Sequence record: PV467748.1
DNA length: 64,000 bases
From: a phage
Direction: 5' to 3' (one strand)
Shown: piece after piece, positions 42,415-53,933 of the stretch
Numbering within the stretch: position 1 is the first letter of the stretch
Layout: every line of letters begins with the position of its first letter
Position numbers and translations under genes: made by a program
Notes under the pieces: model-generated
The model's database searches: none
What the model saw: only the letters and a program-made list of their open reading frames with translations
Told to the model about the DNA's origin: nothing

Positions 42415-42443
42415 TTATACTCTGCTCCCAAGAGTTTGTAAAC
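42415..42443 (-). promoter_or_regulatory. early promoter GTTTAC-17-TATAAT
   Basis: Consensus-like hexamers on the - strand. Confidence 0.5.
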
Positions 42444-42550
42444 TACTTTCCAAAAAGACCATGCATACACATGCTGAACACAATCCCAAAACAAAAGAAT
42501 GCGGCGCCAAATCTAACGGCATCCCAACCGCAAACACATGTCTCAATCAT
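42443..42550 (-). CDS. candidate 35-aa single-pass membrane peptide, translationally coupled to Rz1
   Basis: Hand translation MIETCVCGWDAVRFGAAFFCFGIVFSMCMHGLFGK; GAGGAG SD; ATGA overlap with the Rz1 stop. Confidence 0.4.
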   Translation of the reverse strand: MIETCVCGWDAVRFGAAFFCFGIVFSMCMHGLFGK

Positions 42551-42837
42551 TTGCACTTCTCCTCTTTTAGTCCAGAACGATAATAACATAACATAGATTT
42601 CTGGTCTTGTACATATCTTTTTACGTCATTCAACCAAATGCGATGTTCTTGAGAGTCTTCAAATGGCATACCGACCCAAGCCTTACCATCGATTACCTTA
42701 ACCTGCCACTTAACATTATGTTCGGCAATAGGTTGTGGCCATGAAGGGTGGAGTTGTTGTTTAGGCGCTACAGGAACATCCTGGGCACATCCAACTAGCA
42801 ATCCAATAGATAACATTACAACAGCCAATTTAATCAT
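42547..42837 (-). CDS. o-spanin (Rz1-like outer-membrane lipoprotein)
   Basis: Signal peptide with lipobox (LLVGC); pseT.2 position of T4. Confidence 0.7.
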   Translation of the reverse strand: MIKLAVVMLSIGLLVGCAQDVPVAPKQQLHPSWPQPIAEHNVKWQVKVIDGKAWVGMPFEDSQEHRIWLNDVKRYVQDQKSMLCYYRSGLKEEKCK

Positions 42838-43187
42838 TCTGTGATGCTCCTGAAGTCTTCTGTAAAGGAATCGAAGGACTTGTTGATTTGTTTTTCGACC
42901 AATCCTGGCTTACTTGCCACCACGTGCGCCTTCTTCGAATCTTTACGGAGCTTTTCATTTTCTACCTTAATTTTATCCATTCGGGCATTCATTTCAGTAG
43001 TGCGGAATTCAATATCAGAGTATTGACCACGAAGGTCCTCTACAGCTTCAGCGTTCTGTTTAGCTGTTTGCTGGGTTGTTTTCAGTTCTTCAGTAAGGGT
43101 ATCAATACGGCTTGATTGATACGAAATAAGACTGTACGCGCCTACTGCAATGGCTCCGGCTAAAAGGTAAATACTTAATTTAGACAT
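42834..43187 (-). CDS. i-spanin (Rz-like)
   Basis: N-terminal TM helix then charged coiled-coil; pseT.3 position. Confidence 0.7.
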   Translation of the reverse strand: MSKLSIYLLAGAIAVGAYSLISYQSSRIDTLTEELKTTQQTAKQNAEAVEDLRGQYSDIEFRTTEMNARMDKIKVENEKLRKDSKKAHVVASKPGLVEKQINKSFDSFTEDFRSITE

Positions 43188-43675
43188 TTGGTAATAATCT
43201 CGATGATGTCATCACGTGACAGGGAATTAATAAGAACCGTTTTAGGATTTTCACACTGAATTTTATACGTTTCAAACATGAAACACAATTCTTCAGCGGT
43301 ATGGTAAGGACTTGAAATGCCAAGGCGATTAAACTTGTCGCTTAATGGGTCACAAATCAAATAGAACGTGATGCCTGAGATTTTAACATTAGGCTGGCTG
43401 ATGTTAATGAATACCTCGGCATCGTATTTGGAAAGGTTGTTTTGGAGAAACTCGACCATAGAGTTAACAGCTTCCGGCATGGCTTCACGCTTTTCTTCTG
43501 CATAACGGGTAGAGTATTCTTTTTGCTTAATTTTCTTTTTAGCATTTTTGGCTAAAGTAACACGAAGATCGGTCAGGTAACCTACTGCACGAGAACCTTT
43601 AAAAACTTGGATGCCGTCAGTAGAGTCACCAAAAGCCTTAACAACCATTTCGTTAGTAATCATTTGCATATTCAT
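43175..43675 (-). CDS. alc: Alc-like protein (host transcription inhibitor), assigned by synteny
   Basis: About 166 aa from an internal Met after AGGAG SD; sits between the spanins and rnlA as T4 alc does. Confidence 0.55.
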   Translation of the reverse strand: MNMQMITNEMVVKAFGDSTDGIQVFKGSRAVGYLTDLRVTLAKNAKKKIKQKEYSTRYAEEKREAMPEAVNSMVEFLQNNLSKYDAEVFINISQPNVKISGITFYLICDPLSDKFNRLGISSPYHTAEELCFMFETYKIQCENPKTVLINSLSRDDIIEIITKCLN

Positions 43676-43704
43676 TTGTTTTCTCCTCATTAGTTGGTAA
43701 GTCT

Positions 43705-43733
43705 ATACTAACACATCATGAGGAGATGTAAAC
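43705..43733 (-). promoter_or_regulatory. early promoter (GTTTAC-17-TAGTAT)
   Basis: Member of the repeated cassette family. Confidence 0.45.
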
Positions 43734-44881
43734 TACTCTACCACAATTTCTTTCAAATATTTTTCAGGGATTTGGGCTTTGTGGTTTTTCAAGAACACAG
43801 AGTTAATCTGGTCTACAACCATATCATAATTAATACCGCCTACGTACGCCTGCATAAGAATAGAGAACAGCCCTGGGAAGTCCTTAAGGATTAATTGACC
43901 TGTAACGGCGTAGTCCTTACGGTCACGACCCTTGAGCTGAGAATATGCTGCTTCTAACAAGGCCAATGATTGTTCTAGGTAATCTAAATGGATACGTTCA
44001 AAGGCATCGATTTTCTCGATAGCAAACGAATCCGTACTGAACAATCCACGAAGGTCATCGGTTCCACCTGCAACTACAACTTCAAACAAACGTTCGTTAT
44101 TGTTAATGGAATCCTTGGTATGATGCAGTGCACTGTACCAGGCCGTTTTGAGTTTAAAGAACGTACCATCTTTCAGTACAAAGATGAAACCTTCAATACC
44201 CTCTTGTTTACGGATGTTTTCTACGAAATCACCCTCAGTAAGGTCATAACTTTCAACCAAATGCTTACGCAACGCAGCGTCCTTAAACAGTTCAGCATAC
44301 GGAATATATTCACCTGTTTCATTATTACGAACGTTCAACAGGATAAGATTTGTTTCTTGGTAAGCCAGCACGATACGGTTGGTAGGTGCTACATATTCAA
44401 GGTTGCAGGTGTACCCTGCTTTGGTGATTTCTTCCAGTCGAGCAGCGAAGGCCTCGTTTTCAGGGAGACGAAGGAAACGTAAAGAATCATGTACCATTGA
44501 TGAATGGATAGAACCTTTAGATTTAACAGAAAGATACTGTCGGTCCATGAATGTAGAAATCAGAGAACCGTCTTCCTTAGCCATTACGAGGTCGATATTT
44601 TCCGGCGACAAATCCAGACCGATAGTCATAGGGTTTTCGTCGAGGTTAAAGAACTTTTGCATAGGACGAGCAGCAATACGTACCGGACCGTTCTCGTCCA
44701 TTTCAAACATAATGCCTCGGCACTCTAGTGCGCCGTCTTCCAACCAATCACTGTACGATGCATAGTTATAACTAAAGATGCGATAGTTGACTCCTAGCGC
44801 ACTCTGAAAGTCTTTAAAGAAGAACTTAGATTTAGTCGAGTTTTTAACCAGGGCCATCAAGTTATCATATAATTCAATCAT
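43733..44881 (-). CDS. rnlA: RNA ligase 1
   Basis: 382 aa; strong similarity to T4 Rnl1 (YRIFSYNYASYSDW, ALECRGIMFEMD). Confidence 0.92.
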   Translation of the reverse strand: MIELYDNLMALVKNSTKSKFFFKDFQSALGVNYRIFSYNYASYSDWLEDGALECRGIMFEMDENGPVRIAARPMQKFFNLDENPMTIGLDLSPENIDLVMAKEDGSLISTFMDRQYLSVKSKGSIHSSMVHDSLRFLRLPENEAFAARLEEITKAGYTCNLEYVAPTNRIVLAYQETNLILLNVRNNETGEYIPYAELFKDAALRKHLVESYDLTEGDFVENIRKQEGIEGFIFVLKDGTFFKLKTAWYSALHHTKDSINNNERLFEVVVAGGTDDLRGLFSTDSFAIEKIDAFERIHLDYLEQSLALLEAAYSQLKGRDRKDYAVTGQLILKDFPGLFSILMQAYVGGINYDMVVDQINSVFLKNHKAQIPEKYLKEIVVE

Positions 44882-45291
44882 TGCTTTATCCTATGTTGAG
44901 TATTCCAAGGTGGATTAAATTTCTTTATGAACATTGGCTCTTCAAGAGACATGGTCTCAACTGACATAGTTCCAAGTTCGTTAGTCATCGACAGATTAAA
45001 GCACTGCCGTGCATAGAACTCCACCTTTTTACCTGCCATTAATGCTTCATGAATCAGAATGGACTTAGTCGAATCTGACGTTTGGTCCTTACGATTAATA
45101 GCTGTACGGTAGTAGTTGATGCGCTTACGAAGATTTTTAGTCTTCCCGACGTAGACTAGTATATCATCAACCGCTATAGCATATATGACATTTTGTTTAT
45201 TTGGTACTGTGAGTGGAGCTATGGTGGCGTCATCTTGGAGTTCTAGGGTGACGTACTTGATAAAGCTAAATTCGTCTGCGATTTCTTTCAT
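44878..45291 (-). CDS. denA: endonuclease II (GIY-YIG)
   Basis: Start at MKEIADEFSFIKY; near-identical to T4 EndoII (VIYAIA...YVGKTKNLRKRINYYR). Confidence 0.9.
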   Translation of the reverse strand: MKEIADEFSFIKYVTLELQDDATIAPLTVPNKQNVIYAIAVDDILVYVGKTKNLRKRINYYRTAINRKDQTSDSTKSILIHEALMAGKKVEFYARQCFNLSMTNELGTMSVETMSLEEPMFIKKFNPPWNTQHRIKQ

Positions 45292-45299
45292 AGCAATAA

Positions 45300-45313
45300 G
45301 GGGCCGAAGCCCC
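45300..45313 (-). terminator. stem-loop / putative terminator after nrdB
   Basis: GGGGCC-GA-AGCCCC. Confidence 0.45.
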
Positions 45314-45318
45314 ATTCC

Positions 45319-46497
45319 TTAAAAATATTTCTTGTACGATGCCATTACTTTTTCATCGACATCGTTATCAATTTGTGCTACAAGGTAAGAACTGATTTCC
45401 ACTTCCTGAGGAGCAGCCTGTACAGCATCAGAGTTCAGGTATTCTCGAATCCAAGGATAAGGATGGCGAGTAGGGGCATCAGTAATAGGACATGGTAAGC
45501 CACATTGCTTCATACGAGAAACTGTCAGGTAATCGACAAAAGCACCCATGTTCTGAGTATTTAATCCAGGGCAAGTACCATCTTTGAACAGGTGAGTGGC
45601 CCATTCTTTTTCTTGACGGTTAACTTCCATGAAAATATCAACGGCTTCTTGTTCGCACTCTTGAGCAATTTTAACCCATTCATCCCCATCAGTACCAAGT
45701 TGGAGTTGACGAATAATGTACTGAGTACCCTTAAGGTGAAGCTGTTCATCACGTGCAATGAACTTCATAATCTTAGCATTACCTTCCATGATTTCCATGT
45801 TTTTATGGAAGTTAAAGGTGCATGCGAAAGATACATAAAAACGAATAGCTTCCAACGCGTTGATTACATGAAGGCAAAGGTAAAGGGATTTCATTAGCTC
45901 ACGCTTCCAATACATCTCATGCTCAATAGCATCTTCAATATCGTCTTCGTCTGCATTAATTTCTTTTTGGTATTCGATATCAGCTTTAGCATTCTGCCAA
46001 TAGCGAGTTTTCTCAATAACGTCATCATAGTAACGACCAATGGACTCGGCACGTTTCATGATAGCGTCGTCTAACAGAATTTCATCAAATACCTTAGATG
46101 GGTCTGTATAGAGGTTACGCATGATATGGGTATACGAACGAGAGTGAATGGTTTCACTAAAGGTCCATGTAGCCACCCATGTATCAAGGCTAGGGTCTGA
46201 AATCAAGGCTTGAAGTGCAGCAGAAGGAGCACGTCCCTGGATACTGTCCAGAAGTGATTGATACTTCAGATTATTGGTAAAAATATTTTGCTGGAATTGT
46301 GGAAGCTTATTAAACTGGGCAGCATCCATCATCAAGTTAACTTCCTCTGGACGCCAGAAAAAACTCAACTGCTTCTCACAAAGCTCTTCGAATACTTTAT
46401 GGCGTTGGATATCATAACGAGCAATACCCAATCCTGAACCAAAGAACATCGGTTCGACTAAAACATTAACTGGGGTAGTATTAAAAACTGTAGACAT
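45319..46497 (-). CDS. nrdB: ribonucleotide reductase small subunit (uninterrupted)
   Basis: Continuous ORF; di-iron ligand motifs; start at MSTVFNTTPV. Confidence 0.93.
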   Translation of the reverse strand: MSTVFNTTPVNVLVEPMFFGSGLGIARYDIQRHKVFEELCEKQLSFFWRPEEVNLMMDAAQFNKLPQFQQNIFTNNLKYQSLLDSIQGRAPSAALQALISDPSLDTWVATWTFSETIHSRSYTHIMRNLYTDPSKVFDEILLDDAIMKRAESIGRYYDDVIEKTRYWQNAKADIEYQKEINADEDDIEDAIEHEMYWKRELMKSLYLCLHVINALEAIRFYVSFACTFNFHKNMEIMEGNAKIMKFIARDEQLHLKGTQYIIRQLQLGTDGDEWVKIAQECEQEAVDIFMEVNRQEKEWATHLFKDGTCPGLNTQNMGAFVDYLTVSRMKQCGLPCPITDAPTRHPYPWIREYLNSDAVQAAPQEVEISSYLVAQIDNDVDEKVMASYKKYF

Positions 46498-46550
46498 GTT
46501 ATTCTCATTTGTTAGTGACTCATCCATGAGTCAATTATAATCAGATTTTA

Positions 46551-48806
46551 TTAAAGCTTACAAGCTGCGCAATCATCGGCTTTAGGAGTTTCTAATTCAT
46601 AATCATCAGTACCAGAGCCATCACGGGTATTGTGGTAGTAAAAATTCTTGAGCCCATAATACCATCCGTACAGCAGGTCATCAAGCATTACCGACATAGG
46701 AACTTTTCCTTTTGGGAAAATCTGTGGGTCGTAATATGTATTAGCTGATGCTGATTGACACACCCATTTCAACGCTATTGCCACTTGGGTAAGATAAGGT
46801 TTATTACCTTTCTTAGCAAGGGTCCAAGCATAATCATACAACCCTAGGTTATGTTCTACATTAGGAACTACCTGACGGAAGTTACCTTCTTTAGATTCTT
46901 TAATACTTACCGGGCCACGTGGAGGTTCGATACCGTTTGTAGAGTTGGAAACCTGGCTGCTTGATTCACACGGCATAAGTGCTGATAATGTGCTATTACG
47001 GATGCCATGTTTAGCCAAGTCTTCCCGCAACGACGTCCAGTCACAAACATAGTTAGGGGCTGCGATTTGGTCAATCTTTTTATTGTACCAGTCGATAGGT
47101 AATTCGCCTCGAGACCATTTAGTGTCTGAATAATACTCGCAAGGTCCTTTTTCTTCGGCCAACTTGATGGATGCTCGGATAAGTCCATATTGTAATCTCT
47201 CAAACAATTCATGAGTTAAATCGTTAGCGTCTTCATAAGAAGCAAAGTTGCTTGCTAACCAAGCGGCATAGTTCGTAACACCAACGCCCAGGTTACGACG
47301 TTTCTTAGCCTTCAGAGCTTCAGGAACAGGATAATCTTGGTAGTCTAACAAGTTATCAAGTGCACGGACTTGTACTTCAGCAAGCTCGTTAATTTTGTCT
47401 TGGTCCTGCCAATCGAAATTATCCAGCACAAATGCAGACAACGTACACAATCCGATTTCAGCGTCCGGACTATTCACATCAGTAGTCGGGATAGCAATTT
47501 CACAACACAAGTTGCTCTGGCGAATAGGAGCTTTTTCACGAATAAATGGTGTGAAGTTGTTAGTGTTATCAACGAACTGAGGATAAATTCGTGCAGTGCC
47601 TGAACGTTCAGTCATGAACAATTCAAAGAGGTCACGTGCTTTAATACGTTTCTTACGAATACTAGGGTCTTTTTCTGCGGCTTCATACAATTCACGGAAA
47701 CGGTCTTGGTCTTCGAAATAAGAATGGTAAAGCTCACCACCCATTTCATGAGGACTAAACAGGGTAATATAATCATTTTTACCGAAACGTTCCATCATAA
47801 GGTCGTTCATCTGGATTCCGTAGTCCATATGGCGAATACGGTTCTCATCGACTCCTTTGTTGTTTTTCAGAACGAGCAGATTTTCAACTTCCAAATGCCA
47901 AATAGGATAATAAGCAGTAGCAGCGCCGCCACGGATTCCACCTTGTGAACATGATTTAACAGCAGTCTGGAAATGTTTCCAGAATGGAATAACGCCTGTA
48001 TGTTTGACTTCACCCATGCCAATACGAGAACCTTCAGCACGAATCATACCAACGTTGATACCAATACCTGCACGTTTAGAAATGTATTCAATTATTGAGT
48101 TAGCAGTTTTGTTAATAGATTTCAGTGAGTCGCCTGCTTCAATAACCACACAAGAACTAAATTGACGGGTAGGTGTACGTGCTCCAGCCATAATAGGAGT
48201 CGGTAATGAAACCTGACGGGTACTTACAGCATCATAAAAACGAATAATATGGGCTAAACGATTACCCGGCTCGTCTTGGTGTAAGGCCATGCCAATACAC
48301 ATGATAGCGAACTGAGGGGTTTCGTAGATTTTACCGGTTGTTTTATCTTTAACCAGATATTTCTCTTTAAGCTGCATCGCCCCAGCATAAGTCAATTCGA
48401 AATCGCGTTCATGCTTTATATGAGATTCTAAGAAAGTAATTTCTTCTGCAGAATATCGAGACAGCAATTCGGGGTCATATTTACCTTCGTTAACACAATA
48501 GGAAATATGGTCAATAAAACTACGTGGTTCGAACTGGCCATAAACTTCTTTACGCAGTGCAAACATCAATTCTTTTGCAGCCACATATTGGTAATCAGGC
48601 TCTTCAACCGAGATAAGGTTGGCTGCTACCTTAACAGTCAGATTCTGGATATCTTTGGTAGTCATACCATCACGAAGATGAGATTTGATTTCTTCATATA
48701 ATTTATAGGGGTCGATTTGGGTTCCTTCACAGCCCCAAGTCAGAACTTTAATAATTTTTTGTGCGTCAAAATCTTGGGATACACCACTACTTTTTTGTAC
48801 TTGCAT
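46551..48806 (-). CDS. nrdA: ribonucleotide reductase large subunit
   Basis: 751 aa; active-site NLCCEI motif; C-terminal CxxC. Confidence 0.95.
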   Translation of the reverse strand: MQVQKSSGVSQDFDAQKIIKVLTWGCEGTQIDPYKLYEEIKSHLRDGMTTKDIQNLTVKVAANLISVEEPDYQYVAAKELMFALRKEVYGQFEPRSFIDHISYCVNEGKYDPELLSRYSAEEITFLESHIKHERDFELTYAGAMQLKEKYLVKDKTTGKIYETPQFAIMCIGMALHQDEPGNRLAHIIRFYDAVSTRQVSLPTPIMAGARTPTRQFSSCVVIEAGDSLKSINKTANSIIEYISKRAGIGINVGMIRAEGSRIGMGEVKHTGVIPFWKHFQTAVKSCSQGGIRGGAATAYYPIWHLEVENLLVLKNNKGVDENRIRHMDYGIQMNDLMMERFGKNDYITLFSPHEMGGELYHSYFEDQDRFRELYEAAEKDPSIRKKRIKARDLFELFMTERSGTARIYPQFVDNTNNFTPFIREKAPIRQSNLCCEIAIPTTDVNSPDAEIGLCTLSAFVLDNFDWQDQDKINELAEVQVRALDNLLDYQDYPVPEALKAKKRRNLGVGVTNYAAWLASNFASYEDANDLTHELFERLQYGLIRASIKLAEEKGPCEYYSDTKWSRGELPIDWYNKKIDQIAAPNYVCDWTSLREDLAKHGIRNSTLSALMPCESSSQVSNSTNGIEPPRGPVSIKESKEGNFRQVVPNVEHNLGLYDYAWTLAKKGNKPYLTQVAIALKWVCQSASANTYYDPQIFPKGKVPMSVMLDDLLYGWYYGLKNFYYHNTRDGSGTDDYELETPKADDCAACKL

Positions 48807-48869
48807 AATTTCCTCAATATGTTAGGTTCTACAATTATTCTATCATAGAACCTGTTAAGCATGGACTGA

Positions 48870-48877
48870 TATTTATA
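48870..48877 (-). promoter_or_regulatory. possible late promoter (TATAAATA on the - strand) upstream of nrdA
   Basis: Reverse complement is an exact TATAAATA. Confidence 0.3.
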
Positions 48878-48934
48878 GAATGAAATTCAGTCCGACCATA
48901 ATAACCAAAAACAGAGTACAGATTATTTGAATTT

Positions 48935-48938
<4 letters not shown>
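48873..48938 (-). CDS. possible 21-aa hydrophobic leader peptide coupled to td
   Basis: MKIQIICTLFLVIMVGLNFIL; ATGA overlap with the td stop; may be chance. Confidence 0.2.
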
Positions 48939-50620
<1,682 letters not shown>

Positions 50621-50645
50621 TTTATTCTCCTTAGTTGACAAGGCT

Positions 50646-50675
50646 ATAGTATCACTACCATAGCCTGATGTAAAC
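50646..50675 (-). promoter_or_regulatory. early promoter (GTTTAC ... TACTAT) inside inverted repeat AGGCTAT/ATAGCCT
   Basis: Cassette family member. Confidence 0.45.
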
Positions 50676-50903
50676 TTATTTTTGAATTAAGCCCATATAA
50701 AATTTAGCGTCTTCCGGGTGCATACCGTCACAATACTCGCCAGCCATAAAGCGGGTAAGGTCTTCAAGAGGACCTTGAACTTCAATTTGCATACTACAGA
50801 ATTGTGTGTCTTTGATATAAGTCATAGTCAAAGAAGGATAACTATTACGGATAACTTCGTAAGTGTATTCAAAATCAACGATATCAATATTAACTTTAGC
50901 CAT
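50676..50903 (-). CDS. hypothetical protein
   Basis: 75 aa; GAGGAAAATAAAATG initiation region. Confidence 0.45.
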   Translation of the reverse strand: MAKVNIDIVDFEYTYEVIRNSYPSLTMTYIKDTQFCSMQIEVQGPLEDLTRFMAGEYCDGMHPEDAKFYMGLIQK

Positions 50904-50932
50904 TTTATTTTCCTCATGTAGTTGATAGGTCT

Positions 50933-50961
50933 ATAGTATCATGACTACAGACCTTGTAAAC
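50933..50961 (-). promoter_or_regulatory. early promoter GTTTAC-17-TACTAT
   Basis: Cassette family member; leader nearly identical to 51616-51652. Confidence 0.5.
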
Positions 50962-50963
50962 AC

Positions 50964-51224
50964 TTATTTTTGAATTTTATCGAGCCACTTACCGAGTTTA
51001 ATCATTTCTTTGGTAGCTTTTTCCATACTTCTGAATTTAACCAGTAAAGGTTGGGCATCAACACCCATAACTAAGCTGGTTACAAGACTATGTTCACCTA
51101 CAAGCCATAAAGAATACGTTTGAATATCGAGCCCGTAATTTCGGTCTTTATGGACCCGTACACCCATCACTTCAAATTTCTCACTGGCTTTTTCTACTGC
51201 ATCCAGGAAATCATCTTTAGTCAT
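50964..51224 (-). CDS. hypothetical protein (start uncertain)
   Basis: ORF downstream of the 129-aa gene. Confidence 0.4.
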   Translation of the reverse strand: MTKDDFLDAVEKASEKFEVMGVRVHKDRNYGLDIQTYSLWLVGEHSLVTSLVMGVDAQPLLVKFRSMEKATKEMIKLGKWLDKIQK

Positions 51225-51225
51225 A

Positions 51226-51615
51226 TTAGGCCTTAAAAGTTTTTTGCAAAAGTTCAATGATTTGGTCAACGTTCTGTTCGGTGACAATGCAATGGATTTG
51301 AGTCACACCTGCCTTAGCAATAGGCGCATCGATTTCTTTATCTTCCACAACATATTCACGGAAGCAATAGAACTCATCTTCGTGCAATTCAAAATAATTT
51401 GGCGCTAACCCAACTTCATTATAAATCTCGCCGTTAGCGCATTCGATTTCAGTCACAAATTTGTCGCCATCCATGGTCAACATATCCTTTACTTCAAACC
51501 AACCGCCGTTGTCTTGGATAAGGTCGACCATGCTTTTATTATTTTCATATTCGTCCATTTCAATAAAGTCTTTAATGCATTCAGGGCGAAGTTCGTATTT
51601 TTTACCGATTTCCAT
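51226..51615 (-). CDS. hypothetical acidic protein
   Basis: 129 aa; cassette promoter/leader upstream. Confidence 0.5.
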   Translation of the reverse strand: MEIGKKYELRPECIKDFIEMDEYENNKSMVDLIQDNGGWFEVKDMLTMDGDKFVTEIECANGEIYNEVGLAPNYFELHEDEFYCFREYVVEDKEIDAPIAKAGVTQIHCIVTEQNVDQIIELLQKTFKA

Positions 51616-51644
51616 TTTTATTTCCTCATGTAGTTGATAGGTCT

Positions 51645-51673
51645 ATAGTATCATGTTTAAAGGCATTGTAAAC
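51645..51673 (-). promoter_or_regulatory. early promoter GTTTAC-17-TACTAT
   Basis: Cassette family member. Confidence 0.5.
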
Positions 51674-51725
51674 CATTAAGTGCCAAAAAGGGAAGACCGA
51701 AGTCTTCCCATTATAAATCAATAAC

Positions 51726-52631
51726 TTATAGACCAGCTAACAAATCGTCCAGGCCGTCGTCATCAGAAGGACTTACTGATGGTTCAGGAGTAGTGGAACG
51801 AGTTGGTGTAGACGGTTTGGAATCATAGGCATCAAGGTCTGCACTGAATGCGTCCAGGTCATCACCAATCTTATCAGCAGCTGCAGAAGCTTTAGCGGCA
51901 GCACCACCAAGAGCAGCAGTACCAACAACTTTCTTAAACTTGGCTTCGTTAGTTTCGAACGATTTGAACTCGAGCAGTTTAGAAAGGTCGTGCATTTCTT
52001 CCATCAATTTGGCTTGGTAAGCTTCATCATTGATGTTAGGAATTTCAGACTGGCCCATGAATTTGGAATCGTCGTAGTTTTTGAAGTCGCCAACTTTCTT
52101 AGATTTCAGTACGAAGTTCGCACCATCAAACGGACATGTTACGTCAACCGGCACTTCACCGATATCAGTATCAACTTCAACCATCTGGTTGATTTTATCC
52201 ATAATTTTCTGACCGAAACGGAATTTAAACACTTTACCTTCGTTAGCAGGCACTGCACTATCCTTAATAACAAGGATGTTAGCCCAGAAGGAAGTTTTAC
52301 GTTTCATCAGCTTGTATTCGGCATTATTAGTATTATACGTATCGTTCTGGTTCATGTATTTACATACAGGACAAGAATCGAAATCACCGTGAGTAGACGT
52401 ACAGTTTTCAATATACCATTGACCATTTTTCTTAAAGCCGTGGTTAACGAGCTTAATGAATGGAGATGGATTTTCTTCGTTTTTCGAAGGTAGGAAACGA
52501 ATTACCGCAGTACCAACACCGTTGTCATCTTTCAATTTCCATTCAGCTTTATCATCGGAAGAGAAAGAAGAACCACCTTTCATTGCAGACAGTTGAGCAG
52601 CCAGTTGGGAAGGGTCTTTACGTTTAAACAT
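51726..52631 (-). CDS. 32: single-stranded DNA-binding protein
   Basis: 301 aa; near-identical N-terminus and zinc-binding region vs T4 gp32; acidic C-terminal tail. Confidence 0.95.
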   Translation of the reverse strand: MFKRKDPSQLAAQLSAMKGGSSFSSDDKAEWKLKDDNGVGTAVIRFLPSKNEENPSPFIKLVNHGFKKNGQWYIENCTSTHGDFDSCPVCKYMNQNDTYNTNNAEYKLMKRKTSFWANILVIKDSAVPANEGKVFKFRFGQKIMDKINQMVEVDTDIGEVPVDVTCPFDGANFVLKSKKVGDFKNYDDSKFMGQSEIPNINDEAYQAKLMEEMHDLSKLLEFKSFETNEAKFKKVVGTAALGGAAAKASAAADKIGDDLDAFSADLDAYDSKPSTPTRSTTPEPSVSPSDDDGLDDLLAGL

Positions 52632-52695
52632 ATTATTTACCTTAGCAGATTTAGCAGTTGTATTTTATTGACAGTTTTTAACAGATTGAGTTAGT

Positions 52696-52720
52696 ATATT
52701 AACACAGTTGATTTGAAGCA
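52696..52720 (-). promoter_or_regulatory. candidate MotA-dependent middle promoter for gene 32
   Basis: Reverse complement ATGCTTCA (MotA-box-like), 11 nt, TAATAT. Confidence 0.35.
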
Positions 52721-53374
52721 TTAAAACTTGCAAGATTTGATAGTTTCAATGAACAATTTACGAGCTTCTAAATTATCGATTATAAGAATTTTCTTATAAG
52801 CATTTAATTTAGTCGAATACTTAGACCACACCAAATCGTTGGTCTGTTCATCATGTTTATTTATTATGTCCATAAATGAATCAAGCAAAATAAACGTTTC
52901 GAATGAAATAACATTCGATTGAAGGAGCTTAAAAATATAGCTCGAATTAACTTTTTTATTATAATCAAAAATTTCAGAAAGCGCTTGAACTTCCACTTTC
53001 TTACTGAAATAATAGATGTTTTTGATATCGTCCTCAAAAACTTGTTTTATTCTTTTAAGTCTACCGATATATTCTCGGTAAAAGACTAAGGCGTCAGCAT
53101 CACTGATGTCGCCAATCCATGCGTCTTGGTTAGCCACCAAGTTACTCATGAAGATAAGAGCAAGCTCTTTCAAAGTGTATTTATCACTCAATTTCTCGAA
53201 GAAATATTTGTCACGACGTTTTTGGTAAGCCGTATCAGAGATTCGCATGACCCAGTTATATTTTATAACGTCGTATTTGGCGTTGAAGTGATGTTTGAGC
53301 ATTAAGTATAGTGAATATACGCTCTTACCATTCACCATACGGTTATTGTTTGGTGGCATGCGAATCTTAATCAT
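52721..53374 (-). CDS. 59: helicase loader
   Basis: 217 aa; very high similarity to T4 gp59. Confidence 0.92.
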   Translation of the reverse strand: MIKIRMPPNNNRMVNGKSVYSLYLMLKHHFNAKYDVIKYNWVMRISDTAYQKRRDKYFFEKLSDKYTLKELALIFMSNLVANQDAWIGDISDADALVFYREYIGRLKRIKQVFEDDIKNIYYFSKKVEVQALSEIFDYNKKVNSSYIFKLLQSNVISFETFILLDSFMDIINKHDEQTNDLVWSKYSTKLNAYKKILIIDNLEARKLFIETIKSCKF

Positions 53375-53673
53375 AACAAGAAATCCAGGGTATTAGTTTT
53401 TTGCGTTCGTGCCATTGAAGGACGAAGCAAGTTATCATCAATGGCCTCGTTCATAATTTTATCAATAATTCCTGCAGGCAAATAACGGGCAAAGTTACCT
53501 TCAGGGATGCTGTTCTCTTCCAACCATGCGGTAGCCGCTTCGAGATAGCTACATCCTTCGGCCTCAACAAAGGCCTCAATATCAAGGCCATTCTGTTGTT
53601 TATTTACCAATACATGGACGGGTTCAGAAGCGGTATTAACCGCTCCATCAAAATCATTCAAAGATTGTGTCAT
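53371..53673 (-). CDS. 33: late-transcription accessory protein
   Basis: 100 aa; C-terminus ...LLRPS...TLDFLL as in T4 gp33. Confidence 0.75.
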   Translation of the reverse strand: MTQSLNDFDGAVNTASEPVHVLVNKQQNGLDIEAFVEAEGCSYLEAATAWLEENSIPEGNFARYLPAGIIDKIMNEAIDDNLLRPSMARTQKTNTLDFLL

Positions 53674-53932
53674 ACAGTTCTACCACTTCAGTTTTTTCGT
53701 CTTCGAAACGTTCACGAGTGCCTTTATGATACAGGGAGAACAGCTGGTTAAACATTTTACCGTCGACACCAAGTTCAGTCTTAGCACGGTCTTTGATATC
53801 TTTAATTTCATCGCCATAGGCTTCCATTTTTAATTTAGTATCGGAAGCAGTTTTAATCAACTGGGCTAGGGTATTACCATGTTCTTCTTGATTGAATTCA
53901 ACTTTCACTTTTTCTTTAGCCATTATATTCAC
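53654..53932 (-). CDS. dsbA: dsDNA-binding protein
   Basis: 92 aa; position between 33 and rnh. Confidence 0.75.
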   Translation of the reverse strand: MNIMAKEKVKVEFNQEEHGNTLAQLIKTASDTKLKMEAYGDEIKDIKDRAKTELGVDGKMFNQLFSLYHKGTRERFEDEKTEVVELYDTIFE

Positions 53933-53933
53933 C

